Assembly: GCA_031972295.1 (NCBI GenBank)
Contig: DALYEZ010000002.1
Location: 9,596-73,595, forward strand
DNA from: Minisyncoccota bacterium
Lineage (GTDB): Bacteria; Patescibacteriota; Minisyncoccia; Phycocordibacterales; UBA5272
Reading direction: 5' to 3'
DNA: 64,000 nt
The notes under the pieces are model-generated. The model was not told the origin of the DNA. It searched no databases and saw only the letters and a program-made list of their open reading frames with translations. Positions 17,332-27,159 of this stretch are shown here, piece after piece (position 1 is the first letter of the stretch; each line of letters opens with the position of its first letter). A program made the translations under genes and the position numbers.

Positions 17332-17528
17332 CAAAAATGAACGAAGTGATTTTTTTGGCGTGTCTAAACAAACAAATAGTTTTGTTTGTGTTTAGGAATT
17401 GAAAAGTCTGAATATATCGCACGGAACGTAGTGAGTACGATTTGAAGACTATACTGTTCCTGTAAGGAAAGATTCCCGATAGACACCCAAGTTAGTTTTC
17501 TGCTTCAAAAAATGTTTTACTGCTACTA

Positions 17529-18362
17529 GTGAAGAAATTCTTATGGCATTATAAACGAGCAAAGCGCGACGGATACGGACTACTTTTTTTGTGGCGAGCA
17601 TTTTTGCATTTCACACACATCTCCTCTTTCATTATTTTTGAGCGCAAAGGTGTAAAACTGTATTGCCACAACGATCCGTTTTCTTTTTGGCTATGGAATC
17701 ACAAAGATGAACTTCGTGAGGACGAACTTTTTTTTGAACGGTTTCTGCGGGAAGGGGATACAGTGATTGATGCTGGAGCAAACATTGGGCTACTTACGCT
17801 TCGTGCGGCAAAAATAGTTGGAGTGCGAGGTAAGGTAATCTCGATAGAGCCTCACCCAGAAACATTTCGTTGGCTTAAGAAAAACACACTTTTGAACCGA
17901 TTTTTAAACATACAATTTTTTAATATTGCCGTCGGACATAAACAACAACTTGTTTCATTTACTGATTTTAAAATTAAAGACATAAACAAAATATCAGAAA
18001 AAGAGGGAACACTTAAACTCCCATTAACGACTCTAGACACGTTGTGTAGTGATGTGTCACGCTGCATGCTTCTTAAAATTGACGTAGAGGGATTTGAATT
18101 ACCAGCACTCTTTGGCGCCGAGGAACTTCTTAAAAAAACTGATGTTGTTATGTTTGAAAGTTCGCCGCGGAATTTCGCTCTTCAGAATTATTCTCTGCAA
18201 GACATTTTTAGGTATCTGGAATTGCAAGGCTTTTCCGTGTTCAAAATACGTCCTGATTTCACAACAGAACACACGGCATCAAACTATGAGACCGTTGTAA
18301 AATATGAAAATCTCTTTGCTACCAAAGATCTAGTTTTTTTAGAAAAAAGACTTAATGGGTAA
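17529..18362 (+). CDS. FkbM-family methyltransferase
   Basis: GDTVIDAGANIGLLTL ... SIEPHPETF ... LLKIDVEGFELPALFGA matches the FkbM (TIGR01444) pattern. Confidence 0.65.
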   Translation: MKKFLWHYKRAKRDGYGLLFLWRAFLHFTHISSFIIFERKGVKLYCHNDPFSFWLWNHKDELREDELFFERFLREGDTVIDAGANIGLLTLRAAKIVGVRGKVISIEPHPETFRWLKKNTLLNRFLNIQFFNIAVGHKQQLVSFTDFKIKDINKISEKEGTLKLPLTTLDTLCSDVSRCMLLKIDVEGFELPALFGAEELLKKTDVVMFESSPRNFALQNYSLQDIFRYLELQGFSVFKIRPDFTTEHTASNYETVVKYENLFATKDLVFLEKRLNG

Positions 18363-18379
18363 GATGGTATAATAAAAGT

Positions 18380-19168
18380 ATGAGAAATTTAATCATAGGC
18401 ATAACACTTGCTTTAATCGCGATTGTAATCGGAATCGGAATGTCGACAGGGAAATTAAAAATCCCCGGAATGGACGTTTCGGATACCCAGACACCTGTAA
18501 CTTCTACAAGCACACAGATTTCAGCTATCTCGGAGAAAAAAGTTGATGAGCAAAAAGGAAAGGTTCTTTACACACTTGTAACTCCAGTGATTACAGATGC
18601 CCTTATCCTGCAAAAAAATATTGATGACTATGTTGATGGATTTAAGAAAGGTATTGTAAAAGCTGCCGAAGAAATTGATTTTGAAGGAGCATCAAGTAAT
18701 TACTCACTCAATATAAGTTATGAAGTCATTCGTAATGACGAAAAGATAATTGCAATCAGAATGTCAGCATCCGAGTATACTGGTGGAGCTCACGGAAATC
18801 CAAGTTTCGCATTCTTTATGTATGACGTAGGGGCGAAGCGGATGATTGGAGAAGAAGAAGTGTTTGTGAATAAAAAAGATCTCACACTTCTGAATCTTGT
18901 TGCAAACGCGCTTATCAAAAAACCACAGTATAGTTTTGAAGACGGAGGAGTAACAAAAAGTATGTTTTTTGATGTTGATCAAAACAGACCGACTTTCATA
19001 GCAAATCTAAGCACGGGTGGAAATATTGCTCTTTCTAAAAATGGTGTTTTGTTTAAGTATGGAGCATATGCAATTGGTCCATATGTACTCGGGGAACCAG
19101 AGATAGAAATGCCACTTGCTCAAATTGAAGTGTTTCTTACATCTTACGCCAAAACTTTTTTCAAATAA
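18380..19168 (+). CDS. DUF4163/DUF3298-domain membrane-anchored protein (RsiV-like fold)
   Basis: N-terminal TM helix, then SEYTGGAHGNPSF, the hallmark of DUF3298. Confidence 0.55.
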   Translation: MRNLIIGITLALIAIVIGIGMSTGKLKIPGMDVSDTQTPVTSTSTQISAISEKKVDEQKGKVLYTLVTPVITDALILQKNIDDYVDGFKKGIVKAAEEIDFEGASSNYSLNISYEVIRNDEKIIAIRMSASEYTGGAHGNPSFAFFMYDVGAKRMIGEEEVFVNKKDLTLLNLVANALIKKPQYSFEDGGVTKSMFFDVDQNRPTFIANLSTGGNIALSKNGVLFKYGAYAIGPYVLGEPEIEMPLAQIEVFLTSYAKTFFK

Positions 19169-19171
19169 TTT

Positions 19172-19936
19172 GTGACGTTTCTCCAAGCGCTGATACTTGG
19201 CATAGTCGAAGGTTTCACTGAATTTTTGCCGGTGTCTTCTACCGCACATCTTTTACTTGCAGAAAAGGTAATGGGGCTCGTACTTGATGAAAGAATGGTT
19301 ACGTTTACTATTGCAGTGCAACTCGGGTCTATTGCAGCTGCGGCGATACTGTATGCCCGACAGTTTTTATCTGTTCGAAAAGTATCTGTTCTTATACTTG
19401 CCTTACTACCAACGATCATTGTTGGGGTTTTTGTATATCCGTACATAAAGACACTTTTTACTCACGTACTTCTTATTATTCCGTGGACGCTTATTATTGG
19501 TGGAATTTTAATGCTTGTTGGGGAACGCAAATATTCAAAAAAAGGATCTGTAGAAGAACGAGAACTTACCTTCAAAGAAAAACTGATTCTTGGTTGCGCT
19601 CAAATCATTGCCCTTGTTCCAGGGGTATCACGTTCCGCAGCAATGATTGTTACAGGTCTTTTTGCTCGTTTTCCGCGTAGGGCAGTAACTTCGTTTACAT
19701 TTATTTTAGCCGTACCGACTATGTTTTCAGCAACGGTGTATGACGTGTACAAATCACATATTCCATCTGAGTCTATTTTGAGTATTCCATTTGTAACTGG
19801 TTTTGTAACAGCGTTTTTAGTTGCTCTTGTATCTATTCGACTCATGTTGTTTTTGGTTCGCACCTATACTTTTGTGCCTTTTGCTTGGTACCGTATTTTT
19901 CTTGGCCTCTCAATCGCTCTCTTTGTATACCTGTAG
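19172..19936 (+). CDS. uppP: undecaprenyl-diphosphatase
   Basis: ILGIVEGFTEFLPVSSTAHL, PGVSRSAAMI, 7-8 TM helices. GTG start. Confidence 0.85.
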   Translation: MTFLQALILGIVEGFTEFLPVSSTAHLLLAEKVMGLVLDERMVTFTIAVQLGSIAAAAILYARQFLSVRKVSVLILALLPTIIVGVFVYPYIKTLFTHVLLIIPWTLIIGGILMLVGERKYSKKGSVEERELTFKEKLILGCAQIIALVPGVSRSAAMIVTGLFARFPRRAVTSFTFILAVPTMFSATVYDVYKSHIPSESILSIPFVTGFVTAFLVALVSIRLMLFLVRTYTFVPFAWYRIFLGLSIALFVYL

Positions 19937-19962
19937 GAATTCTGTATACTTACTGTATATAT

Positions 19963-20667
19963 ATGAAAGCATTTCTTCGTACATACGGACTCATTCTAGT
20001 AGTTATTCTTGGTATCATAATTGGAGGATATTGGTACCTACAAAATCGTACCTTGCAAGGTATTGCGGAATTAGACGCTACGCAGGTTGCGGAATTGGTA
20101 AAGGTTGTTGGAAAACATGTGGTACTCCCAGAGCCTCTTGATGTAAGTAAGGTGCAAGTTGCTGGAGTGCAAGATGCTGAGAAATTAATGCAGGTGAGTC
20201 AGTTTTTTAAAGACGCTCAAAATGGCGATCAACTTCTTATCTTCCCAACAAAACTTGTCCTTTTCCGACCATCAGAAAACAAAATCGTAAACATCAGTGC
20301 TCCGAGCGGTGTACAGGATACTTCAGAAAGTGTTCCTGATATCACGAAAATAAATACAGGAGAGCAGCCTACGGAACAAAAAGTTGTTTCAAGAACACTT
20401 ACTGTTGAAATCAGAAACGGAAGTGGAAAAACAGGTCTCGCGGGAGTTGTAAAAGGAAAATTTGCAACATTCCCACAACTAAGTGTTTCAAAGACAGGCA
20501 ATGCGGCTAAGGACTCATACGAAACAACAGTGATTGTAAATAAAGAAAACTTTATGCTTCCTGATATTTCTACTGCAATCAAAGGATCTTCTCAAGCAAA
20601 TCTTCCTGAAGGAGAAAAAGAAACAACAGCTGATATTTTGATTATTCTCGGTAAAGATGCTCAATAA
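19963..20667 (+). CDS. LytR_C (LytR/CpsA/Psr C-terminal) domain membrane-anchored protein
   Basis: N-terminal TM helix, then C-terminal TVEIRNGSGKTGLAG...ADILIILGKD. Confidence 0.55.
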   Translation: MKAFLRTYGLILVVILGIIIGGYWYLQNRTLQGIAELDATQVAELVKVVGKHVVLPEPLDVSKVQVAGVQDAEKLMQVSQFFKDAQNGDQLLIFPTKLVLFRPSENKIVNISAPSGVQDTSESVPDITKINTGEQPTEQKVVSRTLTVEIRNGSGKTGLAGVVKGKFATFPQLSVSKTGNAAKDSYETTVIVNKENFMLPDISTAIKGSSQANLPEGEKETTADILIILGKDAQ

Positions 20668-20673
20668 TTCTGT

Positions 20674-22038
20674 ATGCGAGAAAATTCCTCGCCGTGGATT
20701 TATCAATTGAATCATGAACGTCCGACTCAAAAAATTACAGAGGACGTGGTAACAGATGTTGTTATTGTGGGTGGTGGCATTGCTGGTATTGCAACCGCGT
20801 TTTTCATACTCAAATATACCAACAAAAAAGTTGTACTTTGTGAGCGTTCAAAAATAGGTCATGGTGCAACAGGGCACAATGCCGGGCAAATCGTAAGTTA
20901 CTTCGAGCGACCATTTAAAGATTTAGTGAGTGAATTTGGCCTTGCGCTTGCCATAGAAGGACAGAGAGATGTCGAAAATGCTTGGCAACTTTTAGATGAG
21001 ATGTATACAGACGCATCGCTTAATGTACCGGTGTCGCGCTTTGAGGGACACATGGGGATACGAACAAAAGAACAACTTATTTCGTATCTCGAAGATATGA
21101 AGCTCCGCGTACAAGGAGGTTTAAGTAAGGAGAACATGCGGATCGCAATCGAGCTCAGCGATGTGTATCAAGATGTTTTGAAAGACTATAAAAATTTATA
21201 CGAGTTTGTTCCTCATGTCGAAATTCTCGAGCTCTTAGAAACAGAAAATAAAGATTTTATTGCAAGCCTGTCGTTTTCAAAAGGGGTTACTAACAGCGCG
21301 CTTTTTGTACAGGAAATGGCCCTTTACCTACTAGAAACACATAAAGAAAGATTTTCTCTTTTTGAACACACAAATGTTTCAAAGGTTGTATTACATGGAA
21401 CAGGGGTAGTGCTTGATACTGGTTTGCATACCATTTCTGCAGAAAAGATACTGCTTTGCACAAATGGCTTTGAAAGCTTCTCTATCTTTAGTAAAGAGGG
21501 TTTAGAACTAAACAAAAAATTCCATGCACGGGTGTATAGCCAGATTGCATATATGTCTGGCTATACCGAAAATCTCACACATCCACCAACAGCGATAAGT
21601 TATCTGGAAGGGGATGTTCCTGGTGCAGAAGCTGAGTATAACTACCTTACTCGAAGACCATTTGAGATTGAGAAAGACATAAAGCACAATCTCGTATGTG
21701 TAGGCGGGCCGACATCTCCGCTCTATAACGAAGTCACGTACACTGAAAGTGACGAATACCCAGAGCACGCTATAGAAGAACTAGATACTTTTTTACGTTC
21801 TACCTATAAACACGTAGAAAATAAAAGCCCAGAATATAAATTTACATGGCATGGACTCATGGGATATACCAAAAATTATGTACGCATGATTGGTCCGGAC
21901 CCAGGTCATCCAGAACTTTTGTATAATCTAGGGTGTAATGGTATCGGCATCTTGCCATCTATATGTGGGGGGAAAAAAATAAGCGACATGCTTGCGGGGA
22001 AAAAGATGGAACCCTCAATATTCGATATTCATGATTAA
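20674..22038 (+). CDS. FAD-dependent oxidoreductase (DAO-like)
   Basis: N-terminal Rossmann VVIVGGGIAGIATAF and a C-terminal LGCNGIGI. Confidence 0.65.
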   Translation: MRENSSPWIYQLNHERPTQKITEDVVTDVVIVGGGIAGIATAFFILKYTNKKVVLCERSKIGHGATGHNAGQIVSYFERPFKDLVSEFGLALAIEGQRDVENAWQLLDEMYTDASLNVPVSRFEGHMGIRTKEQLISYLEDMKLRVQGGLSKENMRIAIELSDVYQDVLKDYKNLYEFVPHVEILELLETENKDFIASLSFSKGVTNSALFVQEMALYLLETHKERFSLFEHTNVSKVVLHGTGVVLDTGLHTISAEKILLCTNGFESFSIFSKEGLELNKKFHARVYSQIAYMSGYTENLTHPPTAISYLEGDVPGAEAEYNYLTRRPFEIEKDIKHNLVCVGGPTSPLYNEVTYTESDEYPEHAIEELDTFLRSTYKHVENKSPEYKFTWHGLMGYTKNYVRMIGPDPGHPELLYNLGCNGIGILPSICGGKKISDMLAGKKMEPSIFDIHD

Positions 22039-22044
22039 ATATCT

Positions 22045-22785
22045 ATGTCATTTTTCGCAGTAATTTTTCAAAGCGAAAACGCGATTTTGTTAGCCGCCCT
22101 TCTTTTTATTTTTTTCGGCAGGTCCTTTTTTAGAATTTTTTTACCAAAGCGTATTTATTTTATCCGTCATGGAGAAACTATTCTTAATAAGGCACATATC
22201 CGCCAGGATAGCATTGGGGGATTAAGTGATGAGGGAAAAAAACAGGCACAAGAAACAGGAATACGTCTTTCAAAAATGCACATACAGCATATGTACATAA
22301 GTCCATATGAGCGAACTGCTGAAACTGCGGGAATTATAAATAATTTTGTTCACACACCTTTCACACTCACACCACTGCTCGCTGAGCGTCGAAACCCATC
22401 GGAAATTATTGGCAAAAAGTATGACGACCTTGCGGTAGAGAAGATAGTGAATCAAATTGATCTTAGTAATCACGACGCAGAGTATCGATATTCAGATGAA
22501 GAAAATTTTGCCGATTTGCAAAATCGTGCAAAAAAGCTTCTCAAGTATCTTGCCTTCCGCCCATACACAACAATCCTATGTGTCACACATGGTATTTTTC
22601 TTAAAATGGTTTTGGCACACATTGTCTATGGCGAAAAGCTTACTCCTCTTATCCATGCGACACTCACATATTTAACCACCGTTGATAATGCAGGTATTAC
22701 ATTAGTGAAATACAACCCATGGAATGCATTTCTTGGTAAAAAAACGTGGAGCATTGTTGTTTTTAATGACACGACGCAGATTTAG
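22045..22785 (+). CDS. histidine phosphatase family protein (phosphoglycerate-mutase-like)
   Basis: IYFIRHGET (catalytic RHG) and a distal CVTHG histidine. Confidence 0.6.
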   Translation: MSFFAVIFQSENAILLAALLFIFFGRSFFRIFLPKRIYFIRHGETILNKAHIRQDSIGGLSDEGKKQAQETGIRLSKMHIQHMYISPYERTAETAGIINNFVHTPFTLTPLLAERRNPSEIIGKKYDDLAVEKIVNQIDLSNHDAEYRYSDEENFADLQNRAKKLLKYLAFRPYTTILCVTHGIFLKMVLAHIVYGEKLTPLIHATLTYLTTVDNAGITLVKYNPWNAFLGKKTWSIVVFNDTTQI

Positions 22786-22851
22786 ATCCTTGTAATAGTG
22801 TGTAGATAGTGTATTAAACATCTCTGGTTTCTAAAATTTTTGATATAGTAA

Positions 22852-24606
22852 ATGTATATGAAACCAGTTATTCCTCTCACACTCATTGCTTTTTGTTTGA
22901 CTTTGGTTGTAGGGACACTCACATCTCCGTTTAATACGACGGTTCAAGTGGGAGCGGTTGCCTTTTCGACTGACAGCGGAACACGAGAAATTGCTCGTGA
23001 TGGCGCACTTGCTAATGTTATTTCTTTTAAACAATCGACCATACAAACAAAGGAGGGTGATCGAGTGAAAGTAATTTTGACTTCTTCGGGACCAATTCAG
23101 GAAACCACTAGAGTAAAAGTAAAAATAATAGGAGGTACAGCAAAAAATGGTGTCGACTATCGCTTGTCTCCCGCACAAACAATTACCTTTTACAAAGGTG
23201 GATTACGTGAGAAATCTTTTTTAATCCCAACCTTAACAGACAAGATTAATGAGCAATCAGAAACCATTATCCTTTCTTTGTATTCCTCAACAGATCAATC
23301 TCTTGATAAAAAGACAACGATTAATATTGGTAATGGTGCTGTTTCTCCAACAACGCCACCAAGTACGGGTGCAAGTGCTGTAGCGCAGCAAGTTAATCTG
23401 AACGCTATCCCTACAGACACATCTTTAGACACAAACGGCTGGCCAAAATATCTAAAGGTTCCTGCGACATGTGCTAAGCCAATCGCTGGAAAGAGATATA
23501 TTTTTGAACCTCGCTTTGGCCGACACCCAACAGATAATTTTTCAGATAAATTTGTTGCCCCACTTCTTACTTCTGGTTTTGGTGGTAGTAGTGGAGAATT
23601 TGTTATAAACAAAACTTCTGATGAAGTATTTGCAATTCCTTTCTATGCACCATATCTTGCGAGTGTCAGTGAAACAGTAAAGCTAAAAGCTGATATGGCC
23701 CGACTCGGAGATATTGCTATGGGCAATGCTACGCAGTATTGGGCACCGCATGCTGCTTATGGAAATGAGATACAGATGAGCATTTCAAAGTGTCCAGGGG
23801 GCGAAAATCCTATTGTAAGCACAGGTGCAGGAGGGTATGGCACATTAGTCACTGGCATCACTGTTGATGGAGAAAAAACACGAACAGCAAACGGCGGTAA
23901 TTTAAACCAGGGTGGTTATTATTTTTTAAACATCTCCGGACCGTGTGAACGAGATTTTTCGGATCCAACCTATACTACTGGCATATACGCACGAAATGGA
24001 AAACCTTTATGTGCGAGCATTACACAATCATATGGTTCCTATAGTGCTACATCTATCCCACCGTACACTGGCCCAGCTCTTTCTAAAGGTCCATACCCAA
24101 TAAACTATAATTATAAAATAGTGTCTGCGAGTGCACCTAATAGCTATCCAGGTAACGAGGCAATGCGATGGCGATGTTTTGATGTTACAGGAAAGGGTCC
24201 TGAAATGCGTTATGAAATAACAAGTAGGGGATGGACAGAGCCAAATAAACCCTCCTACTCAAATTATGTTTGTGCAGCTTATGGAAGCACAGAATCTCGC
24301 CCAGCTTCTTTTGAGGATGTGCCAGTCTATAGGGTTTGTGCCAAACATTCAGTGGGATATACTCGGACTTCTCGCGTGAGTCTATTTAGTATTCCACTTC
24401 AGCACATAGACACTTGTCAGTTTGATACAGTAAAAGGTGTGTATTATTGGAAAACAACAACTGCATCAAACAGTACGCTCCAACTTCTCGACCAAGCAAC
24501 TCCAATAGGTGCGTTTAACTTCACCACTGCCTGGAACAGCACTCCAGGAACTGTTGAGTACAAAGACGCAAGTGGAACACTCATCAAGTCAGAACGTTTC
24601 CATTAA
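22852..24606 (+). CDS. secreted Cys-rich protein with Calx-beta-like domain
   Basis: Signal/TM N-terminus. Residues 60-160 fit the Calx-beta pattern (VKIIGGTAKNGVDYRL...ETIILSL). About 16 Cys in the C-terminal 400 aa. Confidence 0.45.
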   Translation: MYMKPVIPLTLIAFCLTLVVGTLTSPFNTTVQVGAVAFSTDSGTREIARDGALANVISFKQSTIQTKEGDRVKVILTSSGPIQETTRVKVKIIGGTAKNGVDYRLSPAQTITFYKGGLREKSFLIPTLTDKINEQSETIILSLYSSTDQSLDKKTTINIGNGAVSPTTPPSTGASAVAQQVNLNAIPTDTSLDTNGWPKYLKVPATCAKPIAGKRYIFEPRFGRHPTDNFSDKFVAPLLTSGFGGSSGEFVINKTSDEVFAIPFYAPYLASVSETVKLKADMARLGDIAMGNATQYWAPHAAYGNEIQMSISKCPGGENPIVSTGAGGYGTLVTGITVDGEKTRTANGGNLNQGGYYFLNISGPCERDFSDPTYTTGIYARNGKPLCASITQSYGSYSATSIPPYTGPALSKGPYPINYNYKIVSASAPNSYPGNEAMRWRCFDVTGKGPEMRYEITSRGWTEPNKPSYSNYVCAAYGSTESRPASFEDVPVYRVCAKHSVGYTRTSRVSLFSIPLQHIDTCQFDTVKGVYYWKTTTASNSTLQLLDQATPIGAFNFTTAWNSTPGTVEYKDASGTLIKSERFH

Positions 24607-24646
24607 TTTTTTCAGTTACAGATAAAAAGTTTGATACACTGTATTC

Positions 24647-26239
24647 ATGCGTGATCATTTCTCTTCATTCGAATATGAAGATTCTAAAAAGGTGCGAGAA
24701 AAGTACAGCACTGATGCGAGTATCTTTAAAGTGGAACCAGAAGGAGTGCTTTTCCCAAAGTCAGCCATTGATATTTCAAGAATTATAAAAACTCTGTTCG
24801 AACAGAATGAGCAAACATCACTTACGGTGCGTGCTGCTGGTACATGTATGTCAGGCGGACCACTCAACGAAGGTTTAATTGTTGATATTACCAAGTACAT
24901 GAATGCAGTTATTGGTTTGGACCTAAAGCATAAAACTATAACAGTGGAGAGTGGGGCAATGTACAAAGATGTTGAAGAAGCATCCGCGATGCACGGACTC
25001 ATGTTCCCGCCATATACATCATCAAAAGACGTTTGTGTGATTGGGGGAATGATTGGTAACAATGCATCAGGCGAACTTTCAGTACGTTATGGTGCAACTA
25101 TCGATTGGGTCCATAGCCTTGATGTTGTTTTAGCCGACGGAAATCTCTATACGTTCAAAGAACTCACTAAAGATGAGTGGTTTGAAAAACAAAAGCAAGA
25201 AACTTTTGAAGGTAAAATATACAGAAAAGTTGCTCACATGCTCGATGCCTGCCATTTTTTATTTGAGACGAATGTTCCAAAAGTTTCAAAGAACGCGGCT
25301 GGTTACCAGCTTTGGAAAATTTATAATCCAAAGACAAATACGTATAATCTTTCTCGGCTGTTTGTAGCCGCTCAAGGCACGCTTGGCATTATTGCTAATG
25401 CAACTTTGAAACTTACCGAGACGCCTCGGCATCGTCGTTTGGTTGTATGTCCTCTCACTGATCTTTCTGTGCTTGGTAACGTGCTCCACGCGCTTAAAGC
25501 AGCAAGTCCAGAAAGTATTGAAACATACGATACGCATACATATACACTTGCAAAAACATACCATCAAAAAGAAGCCGAGCTTGTGTCTTTTGTTTCTGAT
25601 CATGCGCTCCTGACGCTTTTTGTTCAAGTAGCTGAAGATACTGATGAGGGTACCCACACTAAACAAAATGAAATCGTAGAGATTCTCCGCTTACACAAGC
25701 TCACCCCATATATTCCAGAAAATCAAGAAACAGTTGAAGCTTTTTTTACTATTCGTCGAGCAAGTTTTCGAATGTTGATGGCTTTAAAAAGTTCACAAAG
25801 TCGTGTTGCACCCTGTATTGAAGACACTATCGTCCCTGTGGAACGTTACGGAGAATTTCTCACTCAACTCAAACCTATTTTAGATGATTACATACTCACC
25901 TATACCTATGCGGGGCACATTGGTGATGGCAGTATTCGTTTAATACCGTTGGCAGATTTTTCTGATCCAAAAACTCCAGAGATGCTCATGGAACTTTCAC
26001 ACCGTGTCTATGACCTTGTAATCGAGCTCGGTGGCTCAATTAGTGTCGACCACAACGACGGACTTCTCCGAACGCACTACTTGGAAAAACAATACGGTAA
26101 AGAATTAGTGGAAATATTTAAAGATATAAAAACTTTTTTTGATCCTCAGAATATTTTTAATCCAGGTAAGAAAGTACCGACTGAGAAACAGGGGACAGAG
26201 TTGTACGCAAAAAAGCATATACATAAGAAAAACGGATAG
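24647..26239 (+). CDS. FAD-linked oxidase (FAD_binding_4; GlcD/D-lactate dehydrogenase family)
   Basis: FAD-binding PCMP-like region (VRAAGTCMSGG...LIVDI) and a C-terminal DPQNIFNPGK typical of the family. Confidence 0.7.
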   Translation: MRDHFSSFEYEDSKKVREKYSTDASIFKVEPEGVLFPKSAIDISRIIKTLFEQNEQTSLTVRAAGTCMSGGPLNEGLIVDITKYMNAVIGLDLKHKTITVESGAMYKDVEEASAMHGLMFPPYTSSKDVCVIGGMIGNNASGELSVRYGATIDWVHSLDVVLADGNLYTFKELTKDEWFEKQKQETFEGKIYRKVAHMLDACHFLFETNVPKVSKNAAGYQLWKIYNPKTNTYNLSRLFVAAQGTLGIIANATLKLTETPRHRRLVVCPLTDLSVLGNVLHALKAASPESIETYDTHTYTLAKTYHQKEAELVSFVSDHALLTLFVQVAEDTDEGTHTKQNEIVEILRLHKLTPYIPENQETVEAFFTIRRASFRMLMALKSSQSRVAPCIEDTIVPVERYGEFLTQLKPILDDYILTYTYAGHIGDGSIRLIPLADFSDPKTPEMLMELSHRVYDLVIELGGSISVDHNDGLLRTHYLEKQYGKELVEIFKDIKTFFDPQNIFNPGKKVPTEKQGTELYAKKHIHKKNG

Positions 26240-26356
26240 GTACTTGACTTACTATGTATAAATGTGGTTTAAAGTTAAAAGCTCTTTAAACAAAGTTTAT
26301 TAGTTTGCCATAGCTTTAAGTGTTTATCTTTGAACTTTTAAAGCTATGGCAAACTA
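26239..26356 (+). promoter_or_regulatory. conserved upstream block (GTACTTGAC...TATAAATGTG) + 19-bp perfect-stem hairpin leader; a homologous copy sits at 30438..30554
   Basis: Direct comparison of the two copies; see findings. Confidence 0.5.
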
Positions 26357-26399
26357 GAGATCACAACGATCAAAGGCGACTAGCATAAGGAGCAACGCC

Positions 26400-26990
26400 A
26401 TGTCCAAAGACATGACCCTGCAACAAATCGACAAAGCAGTAGGAAACTACCGGGCAATGCTGGTGAAGCATACCGACAGCTTTCCAGCCGATGCTGTTCA
26501 ATCAGTACTTGGAGATCGCAACTTCGCTGCAGAGCAGTTCAGACTCTTCCGTGCGCGAGTCGAGGCTTGCTCAGGCATCATCATCCGCGACTTCACCGTT
26601 GACCTCAATCTCGTGGGCATGCGAGCAATCAGTGCGACTGGTTGCGTGAAGCATGTGAATGAGCACGTAGCGGAAACCATGCCCCGCGCAACTGTCTCTG
26701 AGGGCAAGTTGTATTTCTTCCAAATCGGTCGTGCCACACCGGCTGATAAAGTGGAAGCTGGGTACGCCAAACGCGGACTGATCCCCGTTGATCCACACAC
26801 GCTGTGTGCCTTCAATGCAGCCAACCAAGAATTTGCCGATACCCACCACAACGGCACCCAATGGAAAGATGAGAACGCCAACATCTGCCGTATGGGTTTC
26901 GGTAGGTGGAGCGGCATGCGCCGCGTGTACGTCGGCCGGAACGGCTATGGCTGGGACGACGGCTGGTGGTTCGCCGGTGTCAGCAAGTAA
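26400..26990 (+). CDS. orphan hypothetical protein, compositionally foreign (GC about 54% vs about 40% in flanks)
   Basis: Strong RBS AAGGAG 7 nt before the ATG. C/G-ending codon bias. Antisense ORFs 26498..26917 and 26571..26861 are GC artefacts. Followed by terminators at 27003-27027 and 27093-27122. Confidence 0.5.
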   Translation: MSKDMTLQQIDKAVGNYRAMLVKHTDSFPADAVQSVLGDRNFAAEQFRLFRARVEACSGIIIRDFTVDLNLVGMRAISATGCVKHVNEHVAETMPRATVSEGKLYFFQIGRATPADKVEAGYAKRGLIPVDPHTLCAFNAANQEFADTHHNGTQWKDENANICRMGFGRWSGMRRVYVGRNGYGWDDGWWFAGVSK

Positions 26991-27159
26991 GCTCTTTGGA
27001 CTGAGGCCTCAGGACTTTTGTTCCTTAGGCCTTTGTCAAAAAAAGTTGGAAGAATAGCTATAAACTTCCATACCTCCGCTGCGTCTTGCAACGGAGTTTT
27101 TATTTTTGTAGTCACACAGTACCCATCAAACCGTTACAAGAGGTATATACTATATTAAT

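Noticed and set aside
26498-26917. Minus-strand ORFs of 139 aa and 96 aa inside orphan gene 26400..26990
   Set aside because: Ser/Arg/Ala-rich antisense frames produced by the locally high GC. The plus-strand frame has the RBS and C/G-ending codon bias.
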